Shown here piece after piece: positions 15,910 to 16,397 of a stretch of DNA of 16,397 nucleotides. The DNA lies in assembly GCA_046318155.1 (NCBI GenBank), contig JBKCUU010000075.1:1-16397 (forward strand). Reading direction: 5' to 3'. The DNA comes from Bdellovibrio sp. Lineage in GTDB: Bacteria; Bdellovibrionota; Bdellovibrionia; Bdellovibrionales; Bdellovibrionaceae. How positions within the stretch are numbered: the first letter of the stretch is position 1; each line of letters begins with the position of its first letter. The notes below the pieces were generated by a model. That model was not told the DNA's origin and searched no databases. It saw nothing but the letters and a program-made list of their open reading frames with translations. Position numbers and translations under genes: made by a program.

Positions 15910-16397
15910 GGTGCGCATTGCTGAAGACAAAGCAAAGCCATCGCGAAAAATTCGCGTCAAAAAAATTCTGAATGACAGCAGGAGTTCTGTACAACAAGTT
16001 GAACCTTCTGTAACTGATGTCCTTAAGGGGACCGTGAAATATTGCAATGGGTACTCGCCCAATAGAGAGACGAGGGCCGCCGGGGCTCAGCGGTAAATTT
16101 TAAGGAAGAGACGGATATTCATCGAACGGCCTCTGGAGTTTAAATACGAAGGCCAGAAGACTCCAGCGGAACGCCCCGATTTGTGAGGTGAGGCTCACGA
16201 CCATAAACCTGCGCAAAAGTGACAAGTCCCGCATAAGGTAAGACGGGCAGAAGTAGCGCAGCCAGGGTGACAGCAAGTCAGATGAATGGATCGAAAGGCC
16301 CGGTTGTCTGATCATTTTTGTTTACATCAATGGCACCGTTATTCTGATGAATCAGAATAACGGTGCTCTGACGCGCTCGAAGCATGATTCAAACAAG
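15910..16397 (+). ncRNA. Candidate large structured non-coding RNA, unassigned, running off the right edge
   Basis: TG-G-TAACAT at 15900-08 after an AT-rich tract, then consecutive stems including a GAAA-capped G-U-rich stem (16278-16311) and a perfect 15-bp stem (16333-16366). No convincing ORF. Confidence 0.45.

Noticed and set aside
15911..15915. Group II intron 5' end GTGCG
   Set aside because: A pentamer alone; no domain V or RT in the window and no interrupted gene.
16128..16166. H-type pseudoknot GGCCT/AGGCC with CTGGAGTT/GACTCCAG
   Set aside because: Zero-length first loop and competition with the longer simple hairpin; not supportable without covariation.
16244..16311. tRNA-Pro-like start GTAGCGCAGCC
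   Set aside because: No anticodon arm, T-loop or acceptor pairing follows.
16344..16360. Hammerhead ribozyme core CTGATGA (also at 1140; CTGATGT at 16014)
   Set aside because: No properly placed stem II-GAAA-stem III; at 16344 the motif is buried in a perfect stem.

Overview
Mostly minus-strand core genes of what looks like a Bdellovibrionota-type predatory bacterium (inferred from the gene families, not proven). Left to right: the 5' part of a DUF222-like/HNH endonuclease gene running off the left edge and missed by the ORF track; a TetR-like remnant; a lipoprotein alpha/beta hydrolase; a secreted Gly-rich protein with a sigma54-type promoter; a TetR regulator facing a deleted alpha/beta hydrolase pseudogene across a perfect operator; kup; a full peptide ABC transporter operon (transcribed D-F-A-B-C-kup) whose second ATPase carries an in-frame TGA before its 4-Cys tail; sohB; a secreted poly-Pro protein; a VC0807-like membrane protein; and a secreted protein apparently broken by short tandem repeats. 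The last ~1.4 kb is the most unusual part. It holds a symmetric ~50-bp site resembling a large-serine-recombinase attP with a tRNA 3'-end core, embedded in a start-less frame ending in a Cro-like HTH. Beyond an AT-rich promoter region follows a ~490-nt, densely base-paired, apparently non-coding stretch that runs off the window.
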